DNA from: Saccostrea echinata | Taxonomy: Eukaryota | Direction: 5' to 3' | Assembly (NCBI RefSeq): GCF_033153115.1 | Contig: NW_026889803.1 | Location: 27,404,001 to 27,468,000 of the forward strand | DNA: 64,000 bases | Shown: positions 1 through 13,141 of the stretch, in pieces | Layout: each line of letters starts with the position of its first letter | Numbering within the stretch: position 1 is the first letter of the stretch | Position numbers and translations under genes: made by a program | Notes under the pieces: generated by a model | Seen by the model: the letters and a program-made list of their open reading frames with translations, nothing else | What the model was told of the DNA's origin: nothing | Databases searched by the model: none

Positions 1-684
1 CTTTGATGCAGTGATAATTTTCAACTTTGAACTCATCTGAAAACAATTCATGAAAAAATCACTCTTGGAGATGCGTCTTTTTTTGCGCAATTGCAATCAA
101 AGTTCTAAAAGTTTTGGGGCTATATACAACAGTTAATTTGTGACCTAACAGTTACTTCTTGAGTGTAATAACAAAGAAAACCAGTTTTGGTTGACATGAG
201 CACAATGTGAAGTAATCATACTTATCCATGCCTCATCGCGCACAAGGTGTGTACAGTTACTCAAACAGTGGGAATACATATTTTCCTTAAAAGTGATCAA
301 ACGCAGCAATGGTAAAACTATCTCTGCTTTAGATTGATTTTTAAATGATACCTAGAATAAATATTAGTAGACATTTTCTTGCGACTTTTTGTCTTTTTAA
401 AATAAAAAGCAAAATTGTGAAAAGTTGCCTTGAAATAGCTAAATAAAGCTACCTGAGGTAGGTAAATAAAGCTACGGTAGGTAATTTTAGCTACGTAGCT
501 AAATGTACTGATTGTACTGGACCTGTATATGAAACATGTCAATTGCTTTTGAACTCTAAAGTCCAATCATTTTATCAGAAATAAATCATATTTCATCAAT
601 TGTGACACAAATTTGGTATTTTACACTTTAAAAATGCTTCAGCTTGTAAATGTATAATTTATTGTGGACACATTTTATGTAGGC

Positions 685-3600
685 ATGGCCCCAAAGAGGA
701 ACAACGTTATCCCGAATGGGCATTTTCATAAAGACTGGCAGCGCTATGTGAGGAATTGGTTCAACCAGCCTGCCAGGAAGAAGAGGAGGCATGATAACAG
801 ACTTAAAAAGGCACGCCGTATCGCTCCCCGACCTGTAGCAGGTGCTCTTAGACCAATTGTTAAATGCCCAACTTTTAAATACAACACTAAAATCAGGGCA
901 GGCAAGGGATTCACACTGGATGAGTTGAAGGTAAATCTTGTTAACAAAATAAACTTGAATTCAAAAAAATAAGCTCAGTTGCTGATTGACTGTGTCATTT
1001 AAATGTACGTGCTAGAATAATGGGGTATGAAATATAATTGTGAAAAAAGATAGTTTTCAGTAGGCCCAAATTATCAAGAGTTATTTCCCGTTGGCCGCCA
1101 TATTGGAGGTCAACATGCTCATATTCCTTCATTATTCAACCAACTTTAAATTTAGCATTGTTTTTCTGAAAAATATACATTTGTTAAAGCCTCCTTTATT
1201 TCATAATTTTTATTCTATAAAGTTTTTTCCCCAAATATTTCTGATACACCCTCTTAGATTTGGTAAGACAAAGAGGAAAAATTACCAGGTTGACCACCAT
1301 TATGGTGGCCAAGGGAAATAACTCGTAGAGAAAATACGTCATATGAAAACTATCTATAAGGATTTTAGGCATAAAATATTTTATTTAGTAGCGATGATTT
1401 TTACATTCAGACATATCTATGAGTCTTCCTGAAACATCAAGACAAATTTAATTAGTCAAGTCAAGTCAAGTTACATCAGAGTTGTCAAAATTTTAAAACA
1501 CTGTTAGACATTTGGTCTGACAGAGTGAAAGGGTCTGTCTGACAAGATGAAGTTTCGTCTGAAATGTACCTTATTTTTGTACAGAAAGGAACCCCAAATG
1601 CCCTTATTGTTGTCATCAGTATTCCTTCTCATGATTTTCTTTTCTTACGGAAAGAGAAGTATTTCATCTGAGACATAATAACATGATTTAATTATCTCAT
1701 AAATGTGGTGGATAGTACTCAGACAATAAAGCTATGCTTTATTGCTTTATTCATGGATATGTTTTATCAATAACACTTCCAGTTTAGACACAACCCCTAG
1801 CTTCAAGATGTAAATTTATTGAAACTTTTTTTTTATTTGTGAACGTTCTTGCATTATCAAATGAATGCTGATGAGCAAAAATGTTTGTTAAAAACAAAAA
1901 AAAGACTTGTTTTACTTCAATGATATGTCTTCTTCTTTTTTACTGGATACTGTGATAACGAATGTTTAAACCCTCCCCCCTGCCCCTTTTCAACAGGGTT
2001 GGCCAGGAAATACCAGTGGTGGGAATTACCACTGGTTAATACCGGTATTTCCCGTCCCAGGAAATACTACAAATTTCTCTTAAGTGGGAAATACAAAGTT
2101 AAAGTTTTTTATTTCATTAATTCATTCAATCTTATGCAAAATTAAAATATGAAATAAACATAAAAACAGAAGATGAATAATATGGAATATGTCTCAAATT
2201 GCAATTGAACATATTCAGAATGTATCACTACTCCAGGTCCCATACCCATAAGCATTCTGAAACATTTCCCTGGCTGTATAAAACTGAAGTTTTCCAAATT
2301 AAGTTTCTTTTCAGTTTTGTAAAATTATTAAGTTTATTAATTATAAATCCAAGAACAAAAAAAAAAACAACTTGTTTTAATCCTTCTATAAACACTGTAG
2401 TCATTACAAAATATCATGTTGTTTTAACAAATTGATCTGGACAGTTTTGTGCTCCTGTTTTAAGAGATAATTACCTTGAGTAGAACTGAAAGGCTTATTC
2501 TTAGGTTTGATATTTATACCATACTCTACATTTAAGAATTTTCTTAGATAAAAACCCCAGTTGGGATCTTTGGGTTAATTTCATGGACCTTTATAGACTA
2601 GATCTGACTCAAGCATGAAACAAATGACACTCATGACTGGTATATAAATATGCTGTGTTATGATTATATAAAATGAATTACTTGGAAACCAGAATTTTTT
2701 AATCATGGAAAGTGATACCAGGTAGATATCTTAGCCAATAAGGTTGTACTTCATGTCAATATGAAAGAAATATGTAGCTATTTCATATTTCTCAGGAAAT
2801 ACCAGTAATTCCCGGTAAATACCAGTATTTCCCACCGTCCTGGGAAATACGACTATTTCCCAGTTTTTTGCCAACCCTGCCTTTCAATCATTCTCATTGG
2901 AAACGTTAGGCCTAGCAGTGAAGTTGGTGGTGCAAGATTCATTTGACCATACTGGCAAGTCTAGTCACTTTCAACAATGCTTTCCTACAATATACTATAT
3001 AACTTACCATGGATCTACAAGTAGCCTAGCACTGTCAGTCGCTGTACGGAAAAAAATTTAAAACAGGATTTATAATCCCTCAGTCCTTACAACACTATAC
3101 AACTTCCAGTCAAAAGTTATTAAAATGAATCTCCAACAGATTGTCACATATGTTTTATATGCAGCAGATATCATTCCAAGATTTCATGTTTTGTATCTAC
3201 AGATAACTTTCTTTCTGCTTTCTGCATGTCAACATCAACAGTGCGATGTCATCAATTTACATGTCATCGATTTGGGTAGAAATCAATTAATGTAGATTCA
3301 CAGGGGTTATCTCAAAGTTTTATTAAAAGCAAAAATCGTACGAGATAAATAGAACATCTATAATTGTGTGAATTGATATTTGCTTTATCCAACGAGTTGA
3401 AATGGTGTATATTCGCTCAGCAAGCCTCGCAAATATACACCATTTCAACTTGTTGTATAAAGCAGATATCAAATCACACAATATAGATATCCTCTGTTTA
3501 TTTCTCTGCTTTAACAAAGTTGATCAACAACTATCACAATGCAGCAATCTTTGTGTTCATGTGACCTTCACTTAATAAACCCTTATCTTTTAGAAATTTT

Positions 3601-4933
3601 CAGTCAGTTTTGACCATGGTCGGGTCTCATTTGAATTTCTTGGTAATACTTTGCTTCCATCTACTTTTCTCCTCCTTTTTCAGGGAGGGGGTGGGGGGCA
3701 GAGACTATACTTGAACTCCAGAAGTGATGACTTATGATCTTTTTTCTCTAAATAATTTAAAACTTGCAGTCAATTCAAAGATTCTTTGATTAATTCTAAC
3801 GAATGTTCAAGTACACCTGTAATAAACTGAAAAATAATAGTGTCATCTGTTGAATCTCGACTGAAATTAGTTGACAAGTTGATAACGGATTTAATTATTC
3901 TGTCCTTTCTAGGCTGCTGGAATTAACAAAAAAGTAGCTCTCACCATTGGAATTGCCGTGGATTACAGGCGCCGTAACAAGAGTCTGGAGTCCTTACAGC
4001 AAAATGCACAGAGATTGAAGGAGTACAAATCCAAATTGATCCTCTTCCCCAAGAAACAGAGCAATCCCAAGAAAGGAGATGCCACAGTAAGAAAATTTCA
4101 TTTTATTGTATTTGTTGATTTTCTTTGTACAGAAGGTTCAAGTCATGTTGAGTGTATATTCTCACTCACTTAGTATGTAATATTGAAGTGATAATGTATA
4201 ATACATTTTGTTTATTATGGCTGATTTATTTGCATTTTTTTAACACTCAAATGATTTTGAGGTTTGAAGAACGCAATCTCATGTTAAACTCTATACAGTT
4301 GAAATTCCTTATCTTGAACACCAATATATCTCAAATACAAGGGATATGTCAAAGTGTGTTGGAAATCCCAACCACTTTTTCTTGTGTTTTTTACCCTTGT
4401 TATCTCGAATCGTCTGATATCTTTAAAGTTTTTTCGAGTTCAAGATAAAAAGCTTTGACTGTACACATGTACTATTATATTTGTTGTTAATCATGCTAAT
4501 TCATGGAAGGATGGAGAAAACAGCTATACAGGGGAATATTTAAGAGAACAGTTGATATTTAAAAATTGAGCTTAGACAACCCCTGTACCTGAACATTTTT
4601 GCTTAAAGTATCGGAAATATTTAAGGGATGTATTCCAAAATTTTCTGTTATTTGTTTATCACAAGTGATAGACTTACCTTACTTATGTAAATGTTCTATG
4701 ATTTTTTTCTTTAGGAAGAGGAGATCAAGATGGCTACACAACTGTCTGGCCCAGTTATGCCAATCAGAAAGACCTATAAACCAGAAAAAGCCAGGAAGAT
4801 TACAGATGAGGAGAAGAAATTCAGTGCTTTCACCGCTCTTCGTCAAGCCCGTGCTGCCAAGAGACTGCAGGGCTACCGTGAGAAGAAAGCTAAAGAAAAG
4901 GCTGAGGAAGAAGCTAATAAGCCCAAGAAATAA
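685..4933 (+). CDS. RPL13: 60S ribosomal protein L13 (eL13), 3 coding exons, 212 aa
   Basis: Exons 685-930, 3913-4086 and 4715-4933 have canonical GT/AG junctions, all phase 0, total 639 nt. The protein reads [32 protein letters not shown]...[10 protein letters not shown]|[31 protein letters not shown]...|[17 protein letters not shown], a clear eL13. An acceptor AG at 681-682 implies a non-coding first exon upstream. AATAAA at 4950-4955. Confidence 0.98.
1078..1324. mobile_element. Small non-autonomous TIR element (MITE) in RPL13 intron
   Basis: Imperfect ~24-bp inverted ends GAGTTATTTCCCGTTGGCCGCCATA ... TATGGTGGCCAAGGGAAATAACTC. No clear TSD. Confidence 0.55.
1994..2879. mobile_element. 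hAT-like non-autonomous DNA transposon
   Basis: TIRs CAGGGTTGGC...GCCAACCCTG, subterminal GGAAATAC/GTATTTCC repeats at both ends, and an 8-bp TSD cttttcaa/cctttcaa (7/8 match). Confidence 0.8.
4294..4463. mobile_element. Tc1/mariner-type MITE (TA-CAGT...ACTG-TA)
   Basis: TACAGTTGAAATTCCTTATCTTGAA ... TTCAAGATAAAAAGCTTTGACTGTA. A related copy lies at 30655-30830. Confidence 0.6.
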
Positions 4934-5412
4934 ACTTCACAGTCTTTACAATAAATGTGTACAAAGAATTCTTGTTTGTTTATTTAGGACTTTTGTATAA
5001 AGAGTAAAGCTTAGAACACCACTTTCTCCCTCACTGAGGTTCTAGTATATTTTCAACACTCTCCTATACATGTATTTTATACATTTTATTTCTCAGGTTC
5101 TTATTTTGAGATTCTGGAGTTAACATGTATGTAGGGATTCTAAAATGTTTTCTCATAATTTGAGGGGCAACAAACTGAATAAGAACCCTGGCAATCGATG
5201 ACCAAATGACTAAGGTCATCTTTAAAAAGTTGTTTGTTTGCCCTCTCCTGACTGACTTACTAAAAATGGCCCAACTCGAATCTTTTTTTTAACCTCTGGA
5301 AATTTTTTTTATTCATTCCGAAGTTTTCACACCTATTAATTACTATTTTAACTTCATATTCGCAGGTGTTTTTGAATTGAAAAAAAAATCTTCCCCCTAC
5401 CATCCTACCTAA

Positions 5413-6123
5413 AGGAGAAGGGTGAACATGACGAGCGATAAGCCTATAGTGTGACAAACATGAAGATGAAAAATTAAATTTCAATTATATGAAAATTTTC
5501 CTTGATATTTCGTCTAACATTAAAATATACTTATGTAAAATCTCTACAATTTGCAAAAATCCCGCAAAGATTGAAATTATTTGCCTGTGAAATATTAGAC
5601 ACATACTAGAGCGGGGAAAAAGAGTCATTTTCGCATACTATAACACTATTTTTCGATATGAGTGGGTCTTGGCTCCACCTTTTTGAAAGTTAATTCTCAA
5701 AGTTTGCATAAAAATATACATTTTTTGGTTACCAAAAATATGGAGCAATGACCCATTATACCTCAAAAATATACTTTTATGACATAACATTCGCATCTTT
5801 TCGAGAAATACTTGAAGTTCATTAAGTCAAGGGTCATATCGTCAGGACTTGTGTAGTCTAGTGGTTAGCGTGCTAGTCTCGAAAGAAAATGATACTCAGG
5901 ATTTTTATTGCTAGGGTTCGAACCCCACGAATACCACATTAATTTTTTTTAATAAAAGAATAAATTTTTCCGAGAAAATTTTCCACAGAAAAGTTTTGTT
6001 TATCACAATTTCATAAATTTCAATAATGAGAACTTTACTCTGAATATTAAATTCACAAACTGAACATGATTTTTATATTTCTGAAGGCATAGGCTTTCTG
6101 CACGCTATGTTCGCCCATCTCCT
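5413..6123 (+). mobile_element. Kolobok-like non-autonomous element, copy A, containing a tRNA-like relic
   Basis: Ends AGGAGAAGGGTGAACA ... TGTTCGCCCATCTCCT. Homologous over its whole length, in inverted orientation, to 6645-7330. Confidence 0.65.
5845..5936 (+). pseudogene. tRNA-derived sequence (Pol III A and B boxes) inside a DNA transposon; second copy at 6833-6925 on the minus strand
   Basis: A-box-like TAGTCTAGTGG, B-box GGTTCGAACC, 3' end ACCA. The middle is extended and the acceptor stem pairs poorly, so it is not a functional tRNA. Confidence 0.6.
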
Positions 6124-6644
6124 TTTTTATCCCGAGTTAGAGAGGGCAAGCAAGCGATTTTTTAAAGATTGCCTAATAATGGCTAATGAGGAGAAATGTG
6201 GCAGACTATAACACCTTGCTGACTTCACTACAGCTCCATATGGCCTAAAAAAATCTTTTATGATTTTGAGGTCCAAAGGCCAAGGTCATAAATTCATACA
6301 TTCTTTCTGTGTGCAACACTTTCGGGCGATATCTTGAAAAGCATTTGAGCTTTTACTTAGAATTTTATAACACAACCGTCTATGGCCTAAAGGAGACCCC
6401 AATTGATTTTGAGATCCAAAGGTCAATGTCATAATTTTATTCATTCTGTCTGTGAAACACTTTCGTTTCTGATATTTAAAAAGCCTTTGAGCAACTAATC
6501 AGAGAATTCGATTAAGGTAGTCTGATCCTCAGGTTCTGAAAATTAGCTTTTCAGTACCGGTAATTGAAAATGCTCACAAAAATGTCTTGGATTTCACAGA
6601 ATAACGTGTATTTACCCATAGATTTCTTCAAAGTTCATCAGTAA

Positions 6645-7330
6645 AGAAGATGGGTGAACAAGGTGCGCAGAATGCCTATAGCTTCAGATATTAAAAAAAA
6701 TCGTATTCAATTTGTGAATTAAGTATTTAAAGTAAAGTTCTCATTATTGAAATTTATGAAATTATGATCAACAAGACTTTTCTGAGGAAAAAAGATCTCA
6801 GAAAAAATTATTCTTTTATTTAAGAAATGAAATGGTATTCGTGGGATTCGAACCCCTAACAATAAAAATCCGGAGTATGATATTGCTTTGAGACTAACAC
6901 GCTAACTACTACGCTACACAGCTCCTGATGAATAGTGACATTTAAATCATGTTTGTGATATGACAACTTAATGGACTTCAAGTATTTCTTGGAAAGATGC
7001 GAACGTTTTGTCATAAAAGTGTACTTGTAAGGTATAGTGGGTCCTTGCTCCATGTTTTTGTAAACCAAAAAATGGAGCGAAGACCCATTCAGATCGAAAA
7101 ATTTTGTTTAAGTATGACAAAATGATCCTTTTTGTCCTCTTCAGTGTGTGTATGCTATTTCGTAGCATATTTTAGTCTTTGTGAGATTGTAAATTGTAGA
7201 GATTTTACATAAAGTATACTTTAATGTTAGATGGAATATCAAAGAAAATTTTGATATAATTGAGATTTTATTTTTCACTTTGTGTTTGTCACACTGTAGG
7301 CACTTCGCCCGCCTTGTTCACCCATCTTCT
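6645..7330 (-). mobile_element. Kolobok-like non-autonomous element, copy B (inverted)
   Basis: Perfect 19-bp TIR AGAAGATGGGTGAACAAGG/CCTTGTTCACCCATCTTCT, flanked by GTAA and TTAA (TTAA-type target; RR..YY ends as in Kolobok). Confidence 0.7.
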
Positions 7331-8201
7331 TTAATCATATCAGGGAAAATTATCACATCTCAAATATATTTTCAGTACATGCGAATAAAAGCACCAGTTA
7401 TGGATTTTCTAATTGAAAACTGATCAACAAATATATTTTTTGATTCAAAATTATAGGTATCCAGGCATTTGGAGAAAATGGCATGTTTTGCACACTTACA
7501 CAGTATTTTAGTTCTTCTATTTACTTCAATTGTTATAAAATACATAGTGTAAAAAGTTTGTGTTATCATTGCAAGACATCCCAGATCACTTCTAATTTCA
7601 TATCATGCTAATAAGCATTGGGATCTAATACTAGATTAGATGAAATTTGATTTCTCTGAAAATGATTTATTTTTGTACTTTTGTGGGGTTCAATGTCAAC
7701 TTTTTATACGAACCTTAAATCATATTGAGATGCATAAAATGAAAATTGTTGCAAGAAAATATTTCAATTTCAAGCTTCATTTTGAGACTATTAAAATTAA
7801 ATAATAGATTTAAGAGTTATCGTTCCTATCTGAGGATCTGATATCCTTAAGTGTAGGAATTTTGTTGTGCATATATTTTTTTCAGTCCTGTGCACCTTTT
7901 TGTGTGTTCAGATTGGCTCAGTTTCAGAATGTGTGTTTTCCTATGTCTGCCTAAATGCATTGATAAAATGAAAATCCAAAATCTCTGAAAATAGCAGTCT
8001 TTGAAAATGTTGTAATTCTATATTGATTTCAGAGATTTTTTATTTTTATTTTAATCAATGAATTCAGACAGTTCCATTCTTAATTGGATCATAATGTGTT
8101 TGTTCAGTTTTTGTCGTGTTCATTTTTGTTTAGGCCATAAACGTATAAGAATGGGTCTCCTAGATCATCTTTAAAAAAAAAAAATGTTTGCCCTCTCTTT
8201 T

Positions 8202-10480
8202 GGAATCCTTATACGACAACCAACTGCTTACTGCTCACTGCTTACTGCCAACTGTTCACTGCTTACTGCCAACTGCCACACATATCTGAATATATTTTCA
8301 TATCTATATTGATATGTATTTGAATTTTCATAAAACCAGGCACGGATCCAGGATTTTTTTTTCCAGGAGGGGTCCACCCCAGTTAAAAAAAAATCCAACC
8401 CAGAAATATCTTTACAAGAAAAAAACGTAAACTCCTTTCCAAAACGTGAAAAAACATATTTCATGGTGGTGGTGGTGGTGGGGGTGGCTTCTTATGCTTC
8501 ATATCCAAGACTTTTCATACCAACTTAACACGGATCCGCGTTTTCTAAGGGGGGGGGGGTTTCCAAGGTCACTTTTAGTTGATTTAGTATATGCATTAAA
8601 TAGCACTACATATTCCGGGGGGTCCGGACCCCCCCCCCCCCCCAGTACCGCGCATGTAAAACATAACTTATTTGGGAAAAGAAAGAGATCATAAATCTTA
8701 AATTTGAGAAAATTTTTCACTATAGAAATTAATGGATAATGGAAATTGGTCTTCAAAACATCTTTCCCCGCGAAACAACAAATCCTTGTTTTCAGTTTTT
8801 ATGAATTGAAAACGTTATTTCACAAAATAATTCCAAATGTTATGTTGTCTCAGGGGAGGGGGGGGGGGGGTGGTTAAAGATTAAAAAGAGGAAAATAGTC
8901 ATTTTATTACCCATTTCAAATGAGATAACAAGTTAAAAAAATAATGTATTTTATCACTTTATCAATCTCATATGATGAATTTTACATAAGTAAAACATAC
9001 GGTGAGATTTAAGTGTCATTTATCCATTTCCATGAGTATTTGAAAATCTGGTGATGTTTTCAGCCTGATTTCAATTGATACCCCCTTATGAATTTTCTAC
9101 CCCCTTATGAAAGGAGTTGTAAATTAGAGCAATTAACTTTTTGTCACTGGTTTTCAAAATTAGTACTTAGTACTAATGAACTTTTCTTTGCATTCAAACA
9201 AGTTTTAATGTCCAAACTGCCATTTATATTGATTTAAGCAAAATTTGGCGGATTTAGGAATTTTCAAACTGCAAAGGCGAGGAAGGAGTAAATCGGAAGA
9301 AGGAGTATTTCCTCTTAAAAACAAAACAATAATTTCTGCATTTCCTTGCAGGCAAATAATTTGGTAGCTTTTATTGACGCGGAAATGGGGGGGGGGGGGG
9401 TGGTGGTCACATACGACAAAAGAAACTTTTAGAAGGGTCTTGAGTAATATTTGTTGGTATATGTATTTATACTAGAAATATTACTGAAAATTATAATAAC
9501 ATAACTTTTGCCTAGTGTAAAATATCTAGCAAAATCTTTCGGTGTTTCTTTTTACCCTAGGAAAAGTACCTCTATTTGGGAATTTTTATATGTGTCTTAT
9601 GTAAATCGATTTAATGGCTAATGTTAGATCTGTAAAATGTAGTGGTGATGGGGGGGGGGGGGGGCGTACCCACTAAATTTCTAACAATACATATACTATA
9701 CAGTAGTGCTCCCTCAATAAAGACGCCTGTGACTTTTTTGTTATTTTTTGTCAAGGGAATTATGTTTGGTTGTGCCCCCCCCCCTTCCCCCGGACTGAAA
9801 TTGCTTTTCCTTGTCCGAGATCAACTGTTTTTATATAGAGTAAAAGGCCTTTATGATTTTTTATTAGTATTTCTGATATAAATGCATATACCAACAAAAT
9901 ATTACCCAAGATCCTACAAAAAGTTTGCCCCCCTTTTTTTCTGACGTATATTTAAGCCTTTAATATCCCCCTCCCCCCCCCCCCCCCGTCAAAAAATCTA
10001 TTGAATTGTTTGTCTGCAAGGAAATGTGGGAATTAGATGTTTTGTATTTAAGAGGGAATACTCTTTCCTCCTATTTATTCCTTCCTTGCCTTCACTGCTT
10101 AAAAATTAAATTTTTTTGTAATTAAGGTTCATAAACCCTCTCACTCATATCAAATGTTTCTTTAACTCTTATGATTTTCCAAAAGAAATGTATTTTTAAG
10201 TAAAATACAAACAAATATAGCATAGCTTGCGGGGCAAAATTGGACAAAAAAGACACTTCAACTTGACAAGATTATAAAGGAATAGACATTTACATGTATA
10301 TCATTAAGAGTTGTCTCTCTTATCAGAGTATCGATGAACCTTAATATTATTGTTATCTATCATAGGGTTTATTCAATTAAGCATGCCTATTAAATATATT
10401 AAAGATAACAAAACAGGCAATATCATCTATGAGCAGTGGCAGTTGGCAGTAAGCAGTTGGCTGTCGTATATGGAATTCCA
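8202..10480. mobile_element. ~2.3-kb TIR element with 7-bp subterminal repeats and nested insertions
   Basis: Left end GGAATCCTTATACGACAACCAACTGCTTACTG mirrors the right end CAGTAAGCAGTTGGCTGTCGTATATGGAATTCC. (ACTGCTT/ACTGCCA)n repeats. An internal inverted pair lies at ~9250-9365/~10000-10105. Confidence 0.65.
8337..8656. mobile_element. Short hAT-like MITE with 6-bp TSD
   Basis: CAGGCACGGATCC ... GTACCGCGCATG, flanked on both sides by TAAAAC. Confidence 0.6.
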
Positions 10481-10873
10481 TAATTCTGAACTTTCAAAAT
10501 TTATTGAAATATTGAAGGTATTAAAATAAATGGTTGTAGAAGGGATGAAAAATTAAGGAATGAATAAAAACAAATAATCGTTTTCTGGAGGTTATAAAAA
10601 AAGTTTTGAATATGGCCATTTTAGTCGGTCTGTTGGGAGAGGGCAAACATGACCCCCGCCACCTCCCGGTCTGACAATTTTTTTATTTAATTTTTGAATT
10701 AATGTACTAAAAAAATATTTTGCCACAGTGAAAGATATTCGCTATTCTCAATGACATCCAAACGATAAAGACGCAAGACTCAAGATTTCTGGTATGTATC
10801 GATTATAGTAACTTAGCATATTATAATTAATATCGGGCTCGATGTGCACTTTTGACCTTGAAGCGAAAGTAGC

Positions 10874-13056
10874 ATGTTTCGCTGTTTGGTTACTGTGCAT
10901 AGATGCATCAAAAACAACGAAATATTGAAGTTGTCTTTAAAATCCTGTGTCTTATTTGTAAAAGGAACTAATAACGCCTGCACACATTCGGCAAGAACGG
11001 CAAGTTTTGATCTTGTTGGACTAAAAGCATTTGTAAGGGAACCTGTGCACTGACAGAGTTGTCTTGGTGTCTGTAGTATATATATTCTATTTTGCATATT
11101 TTGTAGCTATATCTGTGTTCTGTGCCTACTCAAAAATGTTAGAAAGTTGATTTTTAGGCCAAAATTTAAATCAGCGAATCTGATTAGGTTTGGTCAGCTT
11201 GAGGATATAATCAGATAATAGCCTTTATGGGCATTTTTAGAGGGAAAAAATGAGAAAAAAGTGAGCTAAAAGTATTGTAAAACTATTGATAAACAAATTA
11301 TTCTGTATTCCTAATGTTTAGAACAACATTGATCCAACAGAAGTACAAAGTTGGGATCAACCCCTCAAAACATCTTTGCAAACCAAAGGTTTCCGACCCA
11401 CTCCTCTGCTCTCCAACCCAATTCTTGAAGAGGAGTGGATTGGAAACATTGGCTTTTTAAGATGTCTCACATACTGTATGGTTTTGGAAAAATTTAGTTG
11501 CCAAAAGTTTTTGCATTCCATGCATATTCATGCAGTTAACTTAGGAAATATAACTACACTGAGCACTGATCCCCTTTCAGATACATGTAGTAAATCCCAG
11601 ATGTGCTATTATATCCCATTTGGGCAATTGATCCCATGTTTTTGGTCCATTTGTCTGTCCTCCCATCACTGCAAGCTTAAATACATCATTTTGTCAAGTT
11701 CAAAAAAGCAGTTATATGTGATTGTTATGCCCCCGCCATGAATATGGTTTGGGCATATAGTGTTTGCCATGCCCGTCCTCTGTCCTCCATCCTTTTGTCA
11801 CATTTTGTGTTTAGCTCAGTTTCAAAGAAACTGACATGTTTTTATCAAACTTTATATGCTGATACATATTGGTGAGGGCTTTTCCATTTCATCAACATTT
11901 TTTACTCTGATCTTTCCTTTGATGTTGACTGAAACTTTTCAAAATTATGTGTTTAGTTCAGTATTCAAGATGTTTTTATCAAACCTTATATGCTGATACA
12001 AATTGGTAATTAAAGTTATTCAACTTTATCAACATTTTTTGACCTTGACATTTCCTATGACCTTGACCTCTCTTAAATTTTGTTTTTAGTTCATTTTAAA
12101 AGAAACAAATCAAGATATTTTTATCAAACTTTATATGCTGATGCATTTTAGTGAGTGCTATTGAATTGCATTTTTCAGCAAACTTCATACTCTAATAGAA
12201 ATTTTCATGTTGTATTACTAATGAATCCTGGGTGGGGCATTCATGTCCTTTGGACATATTTCTAGTTTAAATTTGGGGGGGGGGGGGGGGTCCTAAAATT
12301 TGTGTATTTAAAAGATTCCATGATGTTTTTGAAACTTTGAATATATGTACTTTGTTGTTTTATTTTATAATGTATATTTTCTTATTTCAGACAAATCATC
12401 AACATGTTCACGTGGTGTACTTAAGTTACAAGTCTCCAAATCCATTTGCACAACCTGAAGGAACTGGGTCTGATCCATGTGACAGAGATTACAAGGATGG
12501 CGTTGACAGGGAATTCCGCTTGGTTTATGCTCTGGGCAATATTGATAAGGGATACATGTTTATTGCAGGCATTGCATTAGGCTTTCCTCTGCTATTTCTG
12601 TTCAAGATCAGCTATTTCTTTTACAAAGAACATAAGGAATTAGAGTATGCATCCAATGACCTGTGGGAGATATTTAATAATTGTGTGGAAATTTACAACC
12701 ATCTTCCTGTATCATTTGAGTGGCTATATGTGACATGTCATATCACTTTATTTGGAGGACTCGTATATTTTCTTTTTGCAAAGAACACCATCGGTAGACT
12801 GTATTACAGTGCCAAACAGGATCGCTATATAGCAATCGTGTATAAGTATGGATTTAAGAGGAAGATAGAATTCAGTAGAAAAGACATTGAAAGAAAACCT
12901 GTTTTTTATGAAAAATACATAGATAAATTACGAGTAGACATTGGAAAGAAAAAAAAATACTATGTTTATGAAAATTGTTTTAGAGACACAAGTGACCGTA
13001 ACAGGTTTTTCTCTGATATAGCTTCTGATGACTATATTGATGAATTAAATAAGTAA
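10874..13056 (+). CDS. Putative mitochondrial inner-membrane protein, TMEM70/TMEM186/TMEM223-like
   Basis: Terminal exon 12391-13056 follows the acceptor ttatttcag and encodes FRLVY, two hydrophobic segments, and RLYYSAKQDRYIAIVY (compare TMEM70 RLYHEATTDTYKAITY, from memory). The candidate first exon starts at 10874 (MFRCLVTVHRCIKNNEILKLSLKS..., presequence-like) and has phase-0 donors after 10999 (GCAAGT) or 11032 (GTAAGG). The first exon is less certain than the second. Confidence 0.6.
11725..12268 (-). mobile_element. Degenerate Helitron/HINE (pearl-like) element with ~120-bp internal repeats
   Basis: End hairpin ATGCCCCGCC...GGGCAT, repeated tttatcaaactttatatgctgat units, and a ...CATATTTCTAGTT end in a T-run. 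Confidence 0.5.
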
Positions 13057-13141
13057 ACATGTATTAGAATTTTTGAAAAATGTTGTGAAAATAAAATAGA
13101 TGTAGTATAAAAGTTATTTGTGTCATATTTATCTGTATTGA

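Noticed and set aside
1-45. Possible 3' end of a C/D snoRNA in an RPL13 intron (TTTTCAACTTTGAACTCATCTGA has short 28S-complementary stretches before CTGA)
   Set aside because: Truncated by the window edge, with short, interrupted complementarity and no C box visible. Needs upstream sequence and snoscan.
3724-3864. GTGATGA ... CTGA (C/D box-like) near the 3' end of an RPL13 intron
   Set aside because: No terminal stem or recognisable rRNA guide. Such motifs are frequent by chance in AT-rich DNA.
5845-5936. Functional intron-containing tRNA gene
   Set aside because: The acceptor and anticodon stems do not pair, the two copies differ at key positions, and both lie inside a transposon.
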